Shown: positions 49,172 through 60,231 of the stretch, in pieces
How the letters are laid out: every line of letters begins with the position of its first letter
Numbering within the stretch: the stretch's first letter is position 1
Source of the DNA: Alphaproteobacteria bacterium
Lineage (GTDB): Bacteria > Pseudomonadota > Alphaproteobacteria > UBA9219
Assembly: GCA_034002905.1 (NCBI GenBank)
Contig: JAVEZQ010000004.1
Coordinates: forward strand, 4,175 to 68,174
Direction of reading: 5' to 3'
DNA: 64,000 nt
Position numbers and translations under genes: made by a program
Notes under the pieces: model-generated
Database searches by the model: none
What the model saw: the letters and a program-made list of their open reading frames with translations, nothing else
Told to the model about the DNA's origin: nothing

Positions 49172-49846
49172 ATGAAAGACCTGACGTTTGAAGCTTTGAG
49201 CCCTGATGTAGCGCGCGAACTGCTTGTCGCGACCGAACGAGAGATGAAGCCCATCGAAATGCCTTTGGACAAGACCTTGGTTCAGGTCGTAACGCTGCCC
49301 TTTTATGCGGATTATAAGTTTTATGCGATGACGGATATGACGTTGCCGCCGCCTAATATCCGCTATATGCTTTATCGTCCCGGTGATCTGAATATGATGA
49401 ACTGGACGAACGAGCCGATTTATAGCGTGAATGAAAAGGCGCCGATCAAGTTGGATCGCAAGACGCTCGTTCTTTATACAAAGTTTTTCTTCCACTATGT
49501 GCGTGGCCAATTGGGGCGTTTTATCATTGTTGAAACACCGGAAGATGTCCGGTGGCTTGAAAACGCAAGCGATCAGGAAAAGGCGATGGTTGCTGAACGC
49601 CTTATGCCTGTGACGTATAAAAGCGTCGGACGCGACAACCTCTTTACGCTGACTTGTACGGTGATCTTTAAAAACGCCTTGTTCAAAACGGACGTTAAGG
49701 TTGCGCCCTATGAAATGGACGTTTTTGATCCTGAAAGCGGGATGTCGGAGCATTTTACGATCGGCCAGATGAAGCTCACGAACGAAGAGCTTTTGCTTGA
49801 AGATCTTAATGTACCGGTCGATGAGCCTCCCGGCGAGTTCGGCTAA
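49172..49846 (+). CDS. conserved hypothetical protein (224 aa)
   Basis: ORF 49112..49846 trimmed to MKDLTFEAL. Strong coding bias. Confidence 0.5.
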   Translation: MKDLTFEALSPDVARELLVATEREMKPIEMPLDKTLVQVVTLPFYADYKFYAMTDMTLPPPNIRYMLYRPGDLNMMNWTNEPIYSVNEKAPIKLDRKTLVLYTKFFFHYVRGQLGRFIIVETPEDVRWLENASDQEKAMVAERLMPVTYKSVGRDNLFTLTCTVIFKNALFKTDVKVAPYEMDVFDPESGMSEHFTIGQMKLTNEELLLEDLNVPVDEPPGEFG

Positions 49847-49863
49847 GGCATAGCCTTTAAAAA

Positions 49864-50679
49864 CTAGACAATGTTTCGTGTTTTGAGACAGCCGCCAAGC
49901 TGAAAGGCTTGGATATCGGTCGCACGCCCATTGGAATCGTTTGTGGTCACAAGACAGCCGCACAGGGTCGCTTCCCCTTGGGCCGGCTCAAACCGTTCGT
50001 TGCCAAGCTTGCGCGTAAAACGTCGCAGGATAATGTCTTTGCGCATGCCGATTACGCTGTCGAAATCGCCGCACATGCCGGTGTCTGTTTGAAAGGCGGT
50101 GCCTTTTTCAAGGATATGATCGTCGGCGGTCGGGATATGGGTGTGCGTGCCGATGACGGCGGAAACGCGCCCATCCAGATGATGCCCCATGGCGACTTTT
50201 TCCGATGTGGTTTCGGCGTGAAAATCGACAAAAATTGCGTTGATGCCTGCGCCAAGTGTATAGCTTTGCAAAAGGGAGTCCATGGATGAAAACGGATCAT
50301 CCAGTGTAAAGGGCATATTCAGATTGCCCATCACATTCACAATCAGGATTTTGCGCTGATCGGGCAGGGAAAGCACAGTATAGCCGTGACCCGGCGTGCC
50401 TTCGGGATAATTGAGGGGGCGCAATAAACAGGTCAGGCGGTCCATGTGGGGCAGCAACTCTTTTTGTCGCCAGACGTGATTGCCTGTCGTCACGCAATGA
50501 ACGCCCGCATCGAAAAAGTCTTGAGCAATGCCTCGCGTGATGCCAAATCCCGCGGCGGCGTTCTCGCCATTGACGATAATACAATCGGGGGCGAGACGGG
50601 CCTTCAGGTCCGGCAGGGCAGTCAGCAAAGCATCGCGGCCCGGTCGGCCCATAATGTCACCAAAAAACAAAACACGCAT
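49864..50679 (-). CDS. YmdB-family metallophosphoesterase (TIGR00282-like 2',3'-cyclic-nucleotide phosphodiesterase)
   Basis: MRVLFFGDIMGRPGR ... GNHVW ... calcineurin-like motifs. Confidence 0.75.
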   Translation of the reverse strand: MRVLFFGDIMGRPGRDALLTALPDLKARLAPDCIIVNGENAAAGFGITRGIAQDFFDAGVHCVTTGNHVWRQKELLPHMDRLTCLLRPLNYPEGTPGHGYTVLSLPDQRKILIVNVMGNLNMPFTLDDPFSSMDSLLQSYTLGAGINAIFVDFHAETTSEKVAMGHHLDGRVSAVIGTHTHIPTADDHILEKGTAFQTDTGMCGDFDSVIGMRKDIILRRFTRKLGNERFEPAQGEATLCGCLVTTNDSNGRATDIQAFQLGGCLKTRNIV

Positions 50680-50811
50680 AAAAAGCACCATCAAATTGAA
50701 AGGAAGACTTGTTTTTAGGATATTTTTGGCGAGAGGTCACGCAAAAGGGCTTGCCAGCAACGAAAAACCCATCCAAGTTGTTCTTCTTAATAAGCTTTTA
50801 AGGAGGCCCGC

Positions 50812-52329
50812 ATGTTAAAAATTTCTTTTCAGGAGCCGAATTCGTTAAGAAACAAGGCGTTAGCGATTGTCGTCGCGCAAAAGGCGCAAAGCATTGCGCT
50901 GGGGCCTCAGGCAAAGCATGTTGATCAAACGCTTGGCGGCGCACTGTCCCTCGCAATAAAGGCGACGCCATCCTTTAAAGCAAAGGTCGGACAGGTTTTG
51001 TCTTTTCCCGTTTCCGAGCGCAAGGGGCCAGATCGTGTTGTGCTCGTTGGCATAGGCAAGGCGGAAGAGGCCGACGCCTTGACGTTTGAAGCGGCGGGGG
51101 CCGCGGCGGTGATGGCGATGGAAAAGGATGTGGAAGGCGAGGGCGCTTTGCTGGTCGATGGTGCGGGATTGAAAAAGATTTCGGGACCACAAGCTGCGGC
51201 GAGCGCGGCAATGGGCGCTGTTTTGCGTCACTATCGTTTCGACAAATATCATTCAAAGGAAAAGAAGGAGACCACCCTGATTAAGGGGCTTGTGATTGGT
51301 GTCGAGGAATTTGACACGGCCAAAGCGCTTTTTGCGCCAGAGCAAAAAGTAGCGCAAAGCGTTTGCTTCGCGCGTGACTTGGTCACAGAGCCCGCGAATG
51401 TTATCGATCCCGCAGCCATGGTTCAGGCGGCGCGCAAGCTTGAAAAGCTGGGGGTCGAGGTGACTGTTCTTGGGCAACAGCAGATGGAAAAGCTGGGTAT
51501 GCGTGCGCTTCTTGGTGTCGCGCAGGGAAGCGACAAACCGCCTTATCTTGTCACGATGTCTTGGCGTGGAGCGCCGGAGGCTAAGGAACAAAAACCAATC
51601 GCTTTTGTGGGGAAGGGCGTAACGTTTGACTCCGGCGGTATTTCGCTCAAGCCCGGCGCTGGCATGGGGGACATGAAATTCGATATGGGCGGCGCGGCCG
51701 CCGTTGTCGGGGCAGTGCGTGCGCTTGCCGCCCGCAAAGCAAAGACAAACGTCGTGGGCGTGATAGGGCTGGTTGAAAACATGCCTTCGGGCAAAGCGCA
51801 ACGCCCCGGCGACGTGGTAAAAAGTGCGAACGGCCAGACGATTGAAATTCTTAATACAGATGCCGAAGGGCGCTTGGTTCTTGCTGATGTTTTGTGGTAC
51901 GCGCAAAAGGAGTTTAAACCCAAAGCCATCGTCGATCTGGCAACCTTGACCGGCGCAATGCTTGTCGCGCTGGGACATAAATATGCAGGCATTTTCTCAA
52001 ACAATGACAAACTTGCCGCTTCCCTTGAAAAAGCGGGACGGGCGGTGGATGAGCTTGTCTGGCGTTTCCCGCTTGATAAAGAGTATGACAAAATGATCGA
52101 CTCCACTATTGCGGACATGAAAAATATTGGCGAGGGCAGCAAGGCGGGCAGCATCACAGCCGCACAGTTTTTGAAGCGCTTTATCCAAAAAGATGTCGCG
52201 TGGGTTCACATCGATATTGCCGGAACGGCATGGCGGGAAAAGCCAACAGAGACCTGTTCCAAAGGGGCGACGGGTTTCGGGGTGCGTTTGCTGGATCGCT
52301 TGGTTCACGAAATGGGTTCTTCCTCGTAA
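50812..52329 (+). CDS. pepA: Leucyl aminopeptidase (M17)
   Basis: NTDAEGRLVLADVLWYA motif plus Zn-ligand pattern. 505 aa. Confidence 0.9.
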   Translation: MLKISFQEPNSLRNKALAIVVAQKAQSIALGPQAKHVDQTLGGALSLAIKATPSFKAKVGQVLSFPVSERKGPDRVVLVGIGKAEEADALTFEAAGAAAVMAMEKDVEGEGALLVDGAGLKKISGPQAAASAAMGAVLRHYRFDKYHSKEKKETTLIKGLVIGVEEFDTAKALFAPEQKVAQSVCFARDLVTEPANVIDPAAMVQAARKLEKLGVEVTVLGQQQMEKLGMRALLGVAQGSDKPPYLVTMSWRGAPEAKEQKPIAFVGKGVTFDSGGISLKPGAGMGDMKFDMGGAAAVVGAVRALAARKAKTNVVGVIGLVENMPSGKAQRPGDVVKSANGQTIEILNTDAEGRLVLADVLWYAQKEFKPKAIVDLATLTGAMLVALGHKYAGIFSNNDKLAASLEKAGRAVDELVWRFPLDKEYDKMIDSTIADMKNIGEGSKAGSITAAQFLKRFIQKDVAWVHIDIAGTAWREKPTETCSKGATGFGVRLLDRLVHEMGSSS

Positions 52330-52334
52330 TCGTT

Positions 52335-52781
52335 ATGCCAGAGGTTCGTTTTTATCATCTGATCCGTACAGGGCTTGAGCAGGCATTGCCGGAATTGCTT
52401 GAAAAGGCGTATGGCCGGGGGCTCCGGGCTGTTGTGAGGGCTGAACGGCGCGAGGAGCTTGTGCGCTTGTCCGAGGCTTTGTGGGCCCATCGGCCTGAAA
52501 GCTTTTTGCCTCACGGAGTCAATGGGCAAGACGTGCGCGAAGGACAGCCAATTTGGTTGACAGAGGGGATGGACGAAAAGGAAGGCGACGACGTTTTGTT
52601 TTTGGTTAATGTGCCTGACAACAAAAGCATCGATAGCTATGATTTGATTTGTGAAGTGTTTGATGGCACGCAACAGACTTGCGTTGCACGAGCGCGGCAA
52701 CGATGGACACTATACAAAGAACAAGGGTTCGCCCTGACCTATTGGCAACAGGGAGAAAGCGGTTGGGAAAAGAAAAAGTGA
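52335..52781 (+). CDS. holC: DNA polymerase III chi subunit
   Basis: MPEVRFYHL... chi pattern. Follows pepA as in many proteobacteria. Trimmed from ORF 52200..52781. Confidence 0.75.
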   Translation: MPEVRFYHLIRTGLEQALPELLEKAYGRGLRAVVRAERREELVRLSEALWAHRPESFLPHGVNGQDVREGQPIWLTEGMDEKEGDDVLFLVNVPDNKSIDSYDLICEVFDGTQQTCVARARQRWTLYKEQGFALTYWQQGESGWEKKK

Positions 52782-53761
52782 GTGGTTTTTTGGATGTCAT
52801 CACGGGACAGTCGCCCTTGACCGGCGGCGTTGTGGCTTTGGGCAATTTCGACGGCGTTCATCTTGGGCACCGGGCGGTGCTTCAGGCGACGATTGATGCC
52901 GCGCTTGAGCTTGGCGCGCCCGCTTATGCCATGACGTTTGAGCCGCATCCTTATCAGGTGTTTCGTAAAGATGTCGAGCCGTTTTTGATTATGCAGCCTC
53001 AGCATAAACGCTATTTGCTGCGTGAGCTTGGTATTGACGGCGTCATTACGTTTCCCTTTACGCCTGAAGCCGCCCAAATGTCTGCTCGTGACTTTGTGGA
53101 GCAGGTGTTAATCAAGGCCTGTCGTGTGCGGCAGGTTGTGGTTGGTTTTGATTTTGTCTTTGGGCAAGGGCGACGGGCGGATGCGCAACAACTGGCGCAG
53201 TTGCTTGAACCACATGGTGTGAATGTCACGATTGTGGAGCCGCAGCGAGATGAGGGAGGAGAAATTATATCGTCCTCACGTATTCGCGACTATTTACGCA
53301 ATGGACAAATCGAAAAAGCCAATGCGTTATTGGGGCGGTTTTTCACGATATATGGCTCCATCGAATCCGGCGATCAACGCGGACGGGAGCTTAGTTTTCC
53401 CACGGCGAACATCTCGCTTGGAAACACCATTCGTCCCGCTTATGGCGTTTACACGGTTCTTACAAAACCGGCTGGCGAAGAAATCATTTTTCCTGGCATT
53501 GCCAACATTGGTGTGCGACCTACATTCGAGGGCAAAACGGAAATGTTGGAGGTTCACTTCTTTGATTTTTCCGGCACGGTTTATGCGAAGGATTGGGTTG
53601 TCTCTCTGTTGTCTTATCTGCGCGCCGAGAAGAAATTTGATAACGTGGAAGATTTGAAACGACAGATTGAAAAAGATATCCAAGTTGCGCGCCAGTTGCT
53701 TCAGACAAAAGTTGATGCCGCGTTGTCGAAGATTGTGTTGTCGGGGGAAGAGTATGGCTGA
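52778..53761 (+). CDS. ribF: Bifunctional riboflavin kinase / FAD synthetase (GTG start overlapping the holC stop)
   Basis: ALGNFDGVHLGH nucleotidyltransferase motif. C-terminal riboflavin kinase domain (PTANI..., ...E.H.FDF). Confidence 0.85.
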   Translation: MSGFLDVITGQSPLTGGVVALGNFDGVHLGHRAVLQATIDAALELGAPAYAMTFEPHPYQVFRKDVEPFLIMQPQHKRYLLRELGIDGVITFPFTPEAAQMSARDFVEQVLIKACRVRQVVVGFDFVFGQGRRADAQQLAQLLEPHGVNVTIVEPQRDEGGEIISSSRIRDYLRNGQIEKANALLGRFFTIYGSIESGDQRGRELSFPTANISLGNTIRPAYGVYTVLTKPAGEEIIFPGIANIGVRPTFEGKTEMLEVHFFDFSGTVYAKDWVVSLLSYLRAEKKFDNVEDLKRQIEKDIQVARQLLQTKVDAALSKIVLSGEEYG

Positions 53762-54830
53762 TCCTCAGGCCGCCTATGCCCGGCAGTGGAAACTGGGAAT
53801 GCCCGCGCTGGATATGACGCTTAATCGACAGGGATTGTGGGCGATGATCTCCATGGGAGATGGTCATCTCGCCATTCTGCCTGCGGCCGATACGGGGGTT
53901 GGCCCCTCTTTGATCGAGGGCCATGAGGGGGTTTCTCTTTGCTGTGCGCCGGACGCGGATGATCATGCTTTCCTTTCGGGGGGGAGTGACGGAAGGTTGT
54001 TGTTGGTGGACCCAGAGGTGGATATTCCGACGGTTCTGGTCGAAGGGCAGGGGCGCTGGATTGAGCATGTCGCGGCTCATGCCGATGGTGTACGCGCTTA
54101 CGCGTGTGGAAAGACACTGTATCGTCTTGATGAAATGGGCAAGCAGGCGGCCCCGCCTGTTGAGATGCCTTTTTCCATTGGTGGACTGTCCGTGAGCCCA
54201 CAGGGGAACTATCTTGCTGTGACCCATTATGGTGGCGCGCATATTTTTTGGGCGAAAGAACCAGAGAAAGAGCCGCGTTTTCTAGAGTGGAAGGGCTCCC
54301 TTCTGAACATGGCGTGGTCGCCGGACGACCTTGTGCTGCTGTCTGCGTTGCAGGACGGCAGCCTTCACGGCTGGAAAATCGAAGAAGCGCTCGCCGGAGG
54401 AGAAGAACACGAACAAATCCATATGCAGGGTTATGCGAACAAGGTTCATTCCATGGCGTTTTCTGCGGGTGGAAAATATCTTGTGACTAGCGGCGCGCAG
54501 CAAGCGATTTGTTGGTCGTTCAGTCAGGGGCGCCCTTGGGACAATAAGCCGCTTGCGTTGGGGGGCGTGGACGCTCGCTTTGTGGTGCGCGTCGCGCCGC
54601 ATCCCCGCGATGATATGGTAGCGGTCGGCTATGATGACGGCATGATTATTTTTGCGCCGCTCGATGGCCGCATGGAGGTCTTGGTGCTTCCGCCAGCGGG
54701 AAGCCCTGTTGTCGGATTGGCATGGAACAATGAGGCCGATGCGTTGATCGCAGTCTTACAAAGCGGCGATATCTTTATGTTCACGGTCAAAAGCGTTTCG
54801 CGTTTTGTGCGCGGCCAAGTTGGCGCTTAG
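53754..54830 (+). CDS. WD40/beta-propeller repeat protein
   Basis: Repeated ...S.. DG .L..... blades. ATG overlaps the ribF stop. Confidence 0.55.
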   Translation: MADPQAAYARQWKLGMPALDMTLNRQGLWAMISMGDGHLAILPAADTGVGPSLIEGHEGVSLCCAPDADDHAFLSGGSDGRLLLVDPEVDIPTVLVEGQGRWIEHVAAHADGVRAYACGKTLYRLDEMGKQAAPPVEMPFSIGGLSVSPQGNYLAVTHYGGAHIFWAKEPEKEPRFLEWKGSLLNMAWSPDDLVLLSALQDGSLHGWKIEEALAGGEEHEQIHMQGYANKVHSMAFSAGGKYLVTSGAQQAICWSFSQGRPWDNKPLALGGVDARFVVRVAPHPRDDMVAVGYDDGMIIFAPLDGRMEVLVLPPAGSPVVGLAWNNEADALIAVLQSGDIFMFTVKSVSRFVRGQVGA

Positions 54831-55399
54831 GCATTTTGCAAAAACAGGCGCAAGGATTTCGGCGTTGTATAGGCGTGCGTTTCCCATCCTCGTTTTTGTG
54901 CCGCGTCGATATTATCAATCGTATCATCGATCAGGGTGAGTGAAGAGGCGGGAAGGGCAAGTTCGCGCTCGATATGGACGAAATAAGCAGGATCTGGTTT
55001 CATAACGCCCATGTCACAAGAGGTAAAAACACGACAGACCTTATCCGCGAAAAAAGCCTTGATCTTGTTTGCGCGTAAAGGCGTTTGATTGGTCGCGATA
55101 CAAGATGGTTGGGATGAAAGTAGGGGAAGGAGGTCTTCCTGCGGTGTAAAGTCTTTCGCCAACCAATAGTTCAGGAAATCAGATGGATCGAGGGAAAGGC
55201 CGTGCCGTGCAAAGATGTTTCCGACAAGACGTTCTTCTTTTGCTCGGCCCAAAAGGGCGTCTTTCCATGCGCCATGAAAAATGTCTTCAACGACGGCGCG
55301 GGGAAGGCCAAGATCATCCTTGATGGTTTTCGACCAGATAAAGCCGCCGTCGTGGTCAAAGGTGCGGAGCAAAACACCATCGACATCCCAGATCAGCAT
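54827..55399 (-). CDS. HAD-superfamily hydrolase
   Basis: LIWDVDGVL motif I. Confidence 0.6.
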   Translation of the reverse strand: MLIWDVDGVLLRTFDHDGGFIWSKTIKDDLGLPRAVVEDIFHGAWKDALLGRAKEERLVGNIFARHGLSLDPSDFLNYWLAKDFTPQEDLLPLLSSQPSCIATNQTPLRANKIKAFFADKVCRVFTSCDMGVMKPDPAYFVHIERELALPASSLTLIDDTIDNIDAAQKRGWETHAYTTPKSLRLFLQNA

Positions 55400-55479
55400 G
55401 AGAAAGTACCTTTTGATAATGTTGTTTTCTTCTGCGCCATGTTACAAGAAAAAGGCAGCAGGTGAAAGGGGGCGGGACA

Positions 55480-56241
55480 ATGCCGACGATCTTGATAACG
55501 GGGGCCTCAAGCGGTATAGGCGCGGCGCTTGCACGGCGTTATGCGGCGCCGGGCACGACCCTATTTTTGTTGGGGCGCGATGAAAAGAGATTGGCAGAGG
55601 CTGCCCATTCCGCCGCAATGCTTGGTGCCAAGGCGCAGGCTGTTTGTGCCGACGTCACGAATGCGGCGGAGATGGCGCAAAAACTGATCGAGCTGGATAA
55701 AGAGTCGCCCATCGATCTTGTCATTGCCAATGCGGGCATATCTGCCGGAACCGGCGGGGGGCAGGAAACGCGGGAGCAAGTGCTTGCGATTTTTCGGACC
55801 AATGTTGATGGCGTATTTAATACAATCCAGCCGTTGATCCCGCTCATGAAGGCGCGAGGGCGTGGGCAAATTGCCTTGATGGCTTCTTTGGCTGGATTTC
55901 GTGGGCTTGCTGGCGCGCCGGCCTATATGGCGAGCAAGGCGGCGGTACGTGTGTATGGTGAGGGATTACGTGGCGAGCTTGCGCCTTTTGGTGTTGCTGT
56001 GAGCGTGATTTGTCCCGGTTTTGTCAAAACGCCAATGACTGAGGTCAATCGTTTCAAGATGCCTTTTTTGATTTCGGCGGATCGGGCGGGCCACATCATC
56101 AAAAATGGCCTTGAAAAAAACAGGCCACGGATCAGTTTTCCGTGGCCTATGGTTTTTCTTGTTTGGGGCATGACGACCCTTCCTGTCGCGTGGACAGACG
56201 GGCTGTTAAACAGGTTGCCGCGCAAGGGATCTTGCGGCTAA
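55480..56241 (+). CDS. Short-chain dehydrogenase/reductase (SDR)
   Basis: TGASSGIG cofactor motif and YMASKAA catalytic motif. Confidence 0.8.
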   Translation: MPTILITGASSGIGAALARRYAAPGTTLFLLGRDEKRLAEAAHSAAMLGAKAQAVCADVTNAAEMAQKLIELDKESPIDLVIANAGISAGTGGGQETREQVLAIFRTNVDGVFNTIQPLIPLMKARGRGQIALMASLAGFRGLAGAPAYMASKAAVRVYGEGLRGELAPFGVAVSVICPGFVKTPMTEVNRFKMPFLISADRAGHIIKNGLEKNRPRISFPWPMVFLVWGMTTLPVAWTDGLLNRLPRKGSCG

Positions 56242-56259
56242 CCGACGCGTTTTTCCTGC

Positions 56260-56700
56260 TTAAGGGGTAAAGATAAGCGCGCCGTCTATTTTGCGAACCA
56301 TACTGCATCCCTCAAACATTTTGGGCGTTATGCACGGGTCTGTTGCGCCCGTTTCAATAAGCCTCTCAAGAAGTTTGGCCAGAGGGGGTGGCGCTGTCAT
56401 GGCTGAAATCAGACCCTTTTTCTCGTCATTTGTATAGAGCGTGGCCTTGCCTTCGGTTATGGCTTCTTTCACCTTGGTTACATTTAAGGCGTTGATGGGA
56501 TAAAGAACGGTGCGCACGGGCATGGGCGCAGGAATGCCTAGGGCGGCTTGGGCCTGAGCAAAGCTATTCGCATTGACGATAACGGAGCCGGTGCGGTCTG
56601 TAAAAAACCGCAGAGCCGGTATGGCTGCGGCTCCCACGATGATTTTTTGAACGGGGACCGTCCCTCTGTCCTGTCGCGAGCGTGGCGTTGTCTTTTCCAT
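56260..56700 (-). CDS. hypothetical protein
   Basis: ORF 56260..56730 with an internal Met start. No family assignment. Confidence 0.4.
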   Translation of the reverse strand: MEKTTPRSRQDRGTVPVQKIIVGAAAIPALRFFTDRTGSVIVNANSFAQAQAALGIPAPMPVRTVLYPINALNVTKVKEAITEGKATLYTNDEKKGLISAMTAPPPLAKLLERLIETGATDPCITPKMFEGCSMVRKIDGALIFTP

Positions 56701-56874
56701 TCGTCCTCCTTGCTCAAGTTTACATTTCAAGGTAGGAAAGACCCGCTACCAAGATCAAGTATAAATTAAGATTAAAATAATTTCATACGCCCTTTTTTGC
56801 CGCTTTTTCTTGTGTTGTTGCGATGGGGTGTCTATAACGCGCCCATAACCAAGCGATCTAAGGAGTTAACCACG

Positions 56875-57297
56875 ATGGCTATTCAGCGTACTTTTTCGAT
56901 TATCAAGCCCGATGCCACACGTCGCAACCTGACGGGCAAAATTAATGCAAAGCTTGAAGCGGCAGGACTGCGCATCGTTGCGCAAAAGCGTGCGCTTCTC
57001 ACCCGCGCTCAGGCGGAGGGCTTTTACGCCATTCACAAGGAGCGCCCCTTCTTCAACGATTTGTGCACTTTTATGACATCGGGCCCTGTTGTGCTTCAAG
57101 TCTTGGAAGGTGAAGATGCCGTTGCCAAGAACCGTGAAGTGATGGGCGCGACCAATCCGACGCAGGCAGCCGAAGGCACCATCCGTAAGGAGTTTGCCGA
57201 GAATATCGAGGCGAACTCGGTTCATGGCTCTGATAGCCTTGAGAATGCGGCGATCGAGATTGCCTATTTCTTCAGCCAAGTCGAAATTGTTGGCTAA
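56875..57297 (+). CDS. ndk: Nucleoside diphosphate kinase
   Basis: [14 protein letters not shown] ... NSVHGSDS. 140 aa. Confidence 0.9.
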   Translation: MAIQRTFSIIKPDATRRNLTGKINAKLEAAGLRIVAQKRALLTRAQAEGFYAIHKERPFFNDLCTFMTSGPVVLQVLEGEDAVAKNREVMGATNPTQAAEGTIRKEFAENIEANSVHGSDSLENAAIEIAYFFSQVEIVG

Positions 57298-57315
57298 TTG
57301 ACTCAATAAGACAAA

Positions 57316-57351
57316 AAGCCCTCTTTGCTGTTGGCAAAGGGGGCTTTTTTA
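57316..57351. terminator. bidirectional terminator between ndk and purN
   Basis: AAAAAGCCCTCTTTGCTGTTGGCAAAGGGGGCTTTTTTATT. Confidence 0.75.
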
Positions 57352-58002
57352 TTGGCTGTCCATGGGATTCATCACGCTCGTCGGTTGGCTTACGCCGGCG
57401 ATAAAGCATTTCTCATCGTGAATATTGACGCGGTTTTCCGCGATCCAGCGTAGAGCGAGCGGATAGATTTTGTGCTCCTGCTCCAAAATACGCGCGGCCA
57501 ATGTATCCTCGGTATCGTCGGACAAAACGGGCACGGCAGCCTGAATAATAATGGGGCCATGATCCATTTCGGCGCGCACAAAATGAACGGTGCACCCCGA
57601 AAACCTTGCGCCATAATCAATGGCGGCCTGTTGGACATGTAGCCCCGGAAAGCTTGGCAGCAACGACGGGTGGATGTTGAGCACACGATCGCGCCATTCT
57701 TCGCAGAACCATGGGGTAAGAAGCCGCATAAAACCGGCAAGACAGACGAGCTGGGCCTCAAAGCCATGAATCATTTCGCTCAACGCACGATCAAAACTCT
57801 CGCGATTGGCAAAGTCTTTGTGATTGATAACGGCTGTCGGGATGCCTTGTTCGGCAGCCCAGACAAGGCCTTGGGCCGAAGCTTTGTTGGCGATCACGCA
57901 AACGATCTTGGCCGGAAAGTCAGATTGTTGCGTTGCGCGAACCAACGACTGCATATTGCTGCCGCGACCCGAGATTAAAACGGCAACCTTCAGCATGGCC
58001 AA
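57349..58002 (-). CDS. purN: Phosphoribosylglycinamide formyltransferase
   Basis: [15 protein letters not shown] plus formyltransferase core. Confidence 0.85.
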   Translation of the reverse strand: MAMLKVAVLISGRGSNMQSLVRATQQSDFPAKIVCVIANKASAQGLVWAAEQGIPTAVINHKDFANRESFDRALSEMIHGFEAQLVCLAGFMRLLTPWFCEEWRDRVLNIHPSLLPSFPGLHVQQAAIDYGARFSGCTVHFVRAEMDHGPIIIQAAVPVLSDDTEDTLAARILEQEHKIYPLALRWIAENRVNIHDEKCFIAGVSQPTSVMNPMDSQ

Positions 58003-59081
58003 TGCGCATCCGTGTTCTGCAAGACCACGCGATTGTCGGAAAGGTTCTTTTCGACCTCGCCGATACGATAAACTTTTTCACCGGCATCGCCCAGAATTTT
58101 TGATATAGCTTCGGCATCTTCGGCGGTAACGATAACAATCATCCCGATACCACAATTAAAGGTACGCGCCATTTCTGTGCTGGGTGCACCACTCTTTTGC
58201 GCCAGCCATTTGAAGACGGGCGGCACCGGCCAGCTGTTGGTGCTGATCCAAACGCCGATCCCGTTGGGCAAGACGCGTGGAATATTTTCCAACAAACCGC
58301 CGCCGGTAATATGGGCCATCGCCTTAACCTTGCCGGTCTTAATGGCGGCAAGCATGGGTTTGACATAAAGCCGTGTAGGCTCCAGCAGCGCTTCGGCAAG
58401 GGTCCGAGAGGGGTCAAAGGGGGCCGTATCGGCATAGGAAAGATTTTCCTGTTCGACGACTTGGCGGACAAGGGAGAAGCCGTTGCTGTGCACCCCGTTC
58501 GAGCCAAGGCCAAGGACAATATCTCCTTCTGCAATATCGTTGCGGGGCAGCGTCTGCCCCCGCTCGACGGCGCCGACGGCAAAGCCGGCCAGGTCGTAAT
58601 CTTTAGAGGAATACATCCCCGGCATTTCGGCTGTTTCGCCGCCGACAAGAGCGCAGCCCGATTGCTTGCAACCTTCGGCGATACCGGAAACAACGGAGCG
58701 CGCAACCTCGACATCTAGGGCGCCAGTTGCAAAATAATCAAGGAAAAACAAAGGCTCAGCGCCAGCGACAACAAGATCGTTCACGCACATGGCTACAAGG
58801 TCGATGCCGATGGTGTCATGCTTGCCGCTTTCGATCGCGACCTTAAGCTTGGTGCCAACGCCATCAGTCGTGCTAACTAAAATAGGGTCTTTATAGCCCG
58901 TCGCCTTGAGGTCGAAAAGGGCGCCAAAGCCCCCTAATCCAGCCTCAGCACCCGTGCGGGCTGTGGCCTTGGCAAGGGGTTTGATCGCCTCAACCAAGCG
59001 GTTACCAGCATCAATATTCACACCTGCTTTGGCATAGGCATCTTGTTTTTCTGAGCTGTTCTGGGCCATGGCAAACGTCAT
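57990..59081 (-). CDS. purM: Phosphoribosylformylglycinamidine cyclo-ligase (AIR synthetase)
   Basis: [13 protein letters not shown] ... AIRS domains. Confidence 0.9.
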   Translation of the reverse strand: MTFAMAQNSSEKQDAYAKAGVNIDAGNRLVEAIKPLAKATARTGAEAGLGGFGALFDLKATGYKDPILVSTTDGVGTKLKVAIESGKHDTIGIDLVAMCVNDLVVAGAEPLFFLDYFATGALDVEVARSVVSGIAEGCKQSGCALVGGETAEMPGMYSSKDYDLAGFAVGAVERGQTLPRNDIAEGDIVLGLGSNGVHSNGFSLVRQVVEQENLSYADTAPFDPSRTLAEALLEPTRLYVKPMLAAIKTGKVKAMAHITGGGLLENIPRVLPNGIGVWISTNSWPVPPVFKWLAQKSGAPSTEMARTFNCGIGMIVIVTAEDAEAISKILGDAGEKVYRIGEVEKNLSDNRVVLQNTDAHWPC

Positions 59082-59157
59082 CTTGCGGTCAAAGTTGATG
59101 GATAGAAAAATATTCTATAGAAGATATTAGCAAGAATAGCAATCAGGCAGGGTTCTT

Positions 59158-60231
59158 ATGCGTCAACTCTTTATCGCTTTTATTTGTTTCCTATGGATTT
59201 TGTCGCCAGCGATGGCGCAAGAAGAGGCGGTTTACCGCATCACGGATGTGCCCGTGGATGTGAGTGCCGAAAGCGCCGCAGCGGCAAGGGATCAAGCCAT
59301 TATACAGGCGCAGCGCGCTGCTTTTGTTGAGCTCCTTTCCCGCTTGGGGACAGAGGATCGTAATCCGCCCACAACGGATGAAACCATCGCGTCTCTGGTT
59401 CAATCGTTCGAAGTTCAAAAGGAGCATGCGCTCGGCGTGCGCTACACCGGGACGATAGCAATCCAGTTCCGCCCCTCGTCGGTTAAGGAACTGATGGATT
59501 TGTGGGGTAAGAATGTGGTGGATACGCGTTCGCCGCCTTTGCTGGTTCTTCCGGTGATGGCAAGCAAGGACCATGATACGCTTTGGGAAGAAAACACGCT
59601 GTGGCGCGCCGCATGGGCGGGGGCAACAAAGAGCGCTGGGCTTGTGTCGTTGATTGTTCCAGAGGGCGATATGGAAGACATCACGCATATCAGCACACGC
59701 GAAGCCGTAGAGGGGAAGGCTGATCCATTGATGGCCTTAATGCAGAAATATGGGGCTAGTCAGGCTTGCGTGGCTGTGTTGCGATACGATCCTGATCATC
59801 CGGATCAGACGGAGGTCCGCTTAGCCCGTTACAGTTCTGGCGGCGTCGCGCAGGAGGCGCCGAGCACGTGGCGTGTTGGCGGGGCTGGGCTGACGGAAGA
59901 AGGTTTGATGCAGGCGGCGGTGAAGCAGTCTGTCAAGGCGTTAGAGCAGGGTTGGCGGCAAAGCCAGAAACTTCCGTCCGGCGCGCCGGTTTTCCTTCCG
60001 GTTGATGTGGCGGTTCCGACCTTGGCGTCATGGCAACAGGTGCAGCGCAGCATGGGAGAAATTCCATTGATTACCAAAGCGCATGTTGTCACCATGACAC
60101 GAGGCCTCGTCCATATCGAACTGGAGTTTCGGGGTGATCTTGCGACGCTTCAGCAAGCTCTTGCAGAAAAAGGACTTAGTCTGGAACAGACGACCGTCGG
60201 CGGCTGGCTAATGAAAGAGAGGGTGCTATGA
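59158..60231 (+). CDS. Secreted conserved hypothetical protein (DUF2066-like)
   Basis: Signal peptide. Conserved position between purM and the AI-2E transporter in Rhizobiales-type genomes. Confidence 0.5.
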   Translation: MRQLFIAFICFLWILSPAMAQEEAVYRITDVPVDVSAESAAAARDQAIIQAQRAAFVELLSRLGTEDRNPPTTDETIASLVQSFEVQKEHALGVRYTGTIAIQFRPSSVKELMDLWGKNVVDTRSPPLLVLPVMASKDHDTLWEENTLWRAAWAGATKSAGLVSLIVPEGDMEDITHISTREAVEGKADPLMALMQKYGASQACVAVLRYDPDHPDQTEVRLARYSSGGVAQEAPSTWRVGGAGLTEEGLMQAAVKQSVKALEQGWRQSQKLPSGAPVFLPVDVAVPTLASWQQVQRSMGEIPLITKAHVVTMTRGLVHIELEFRGDLATLQQALAEKGLSLEQTTVGGWLMKERVL

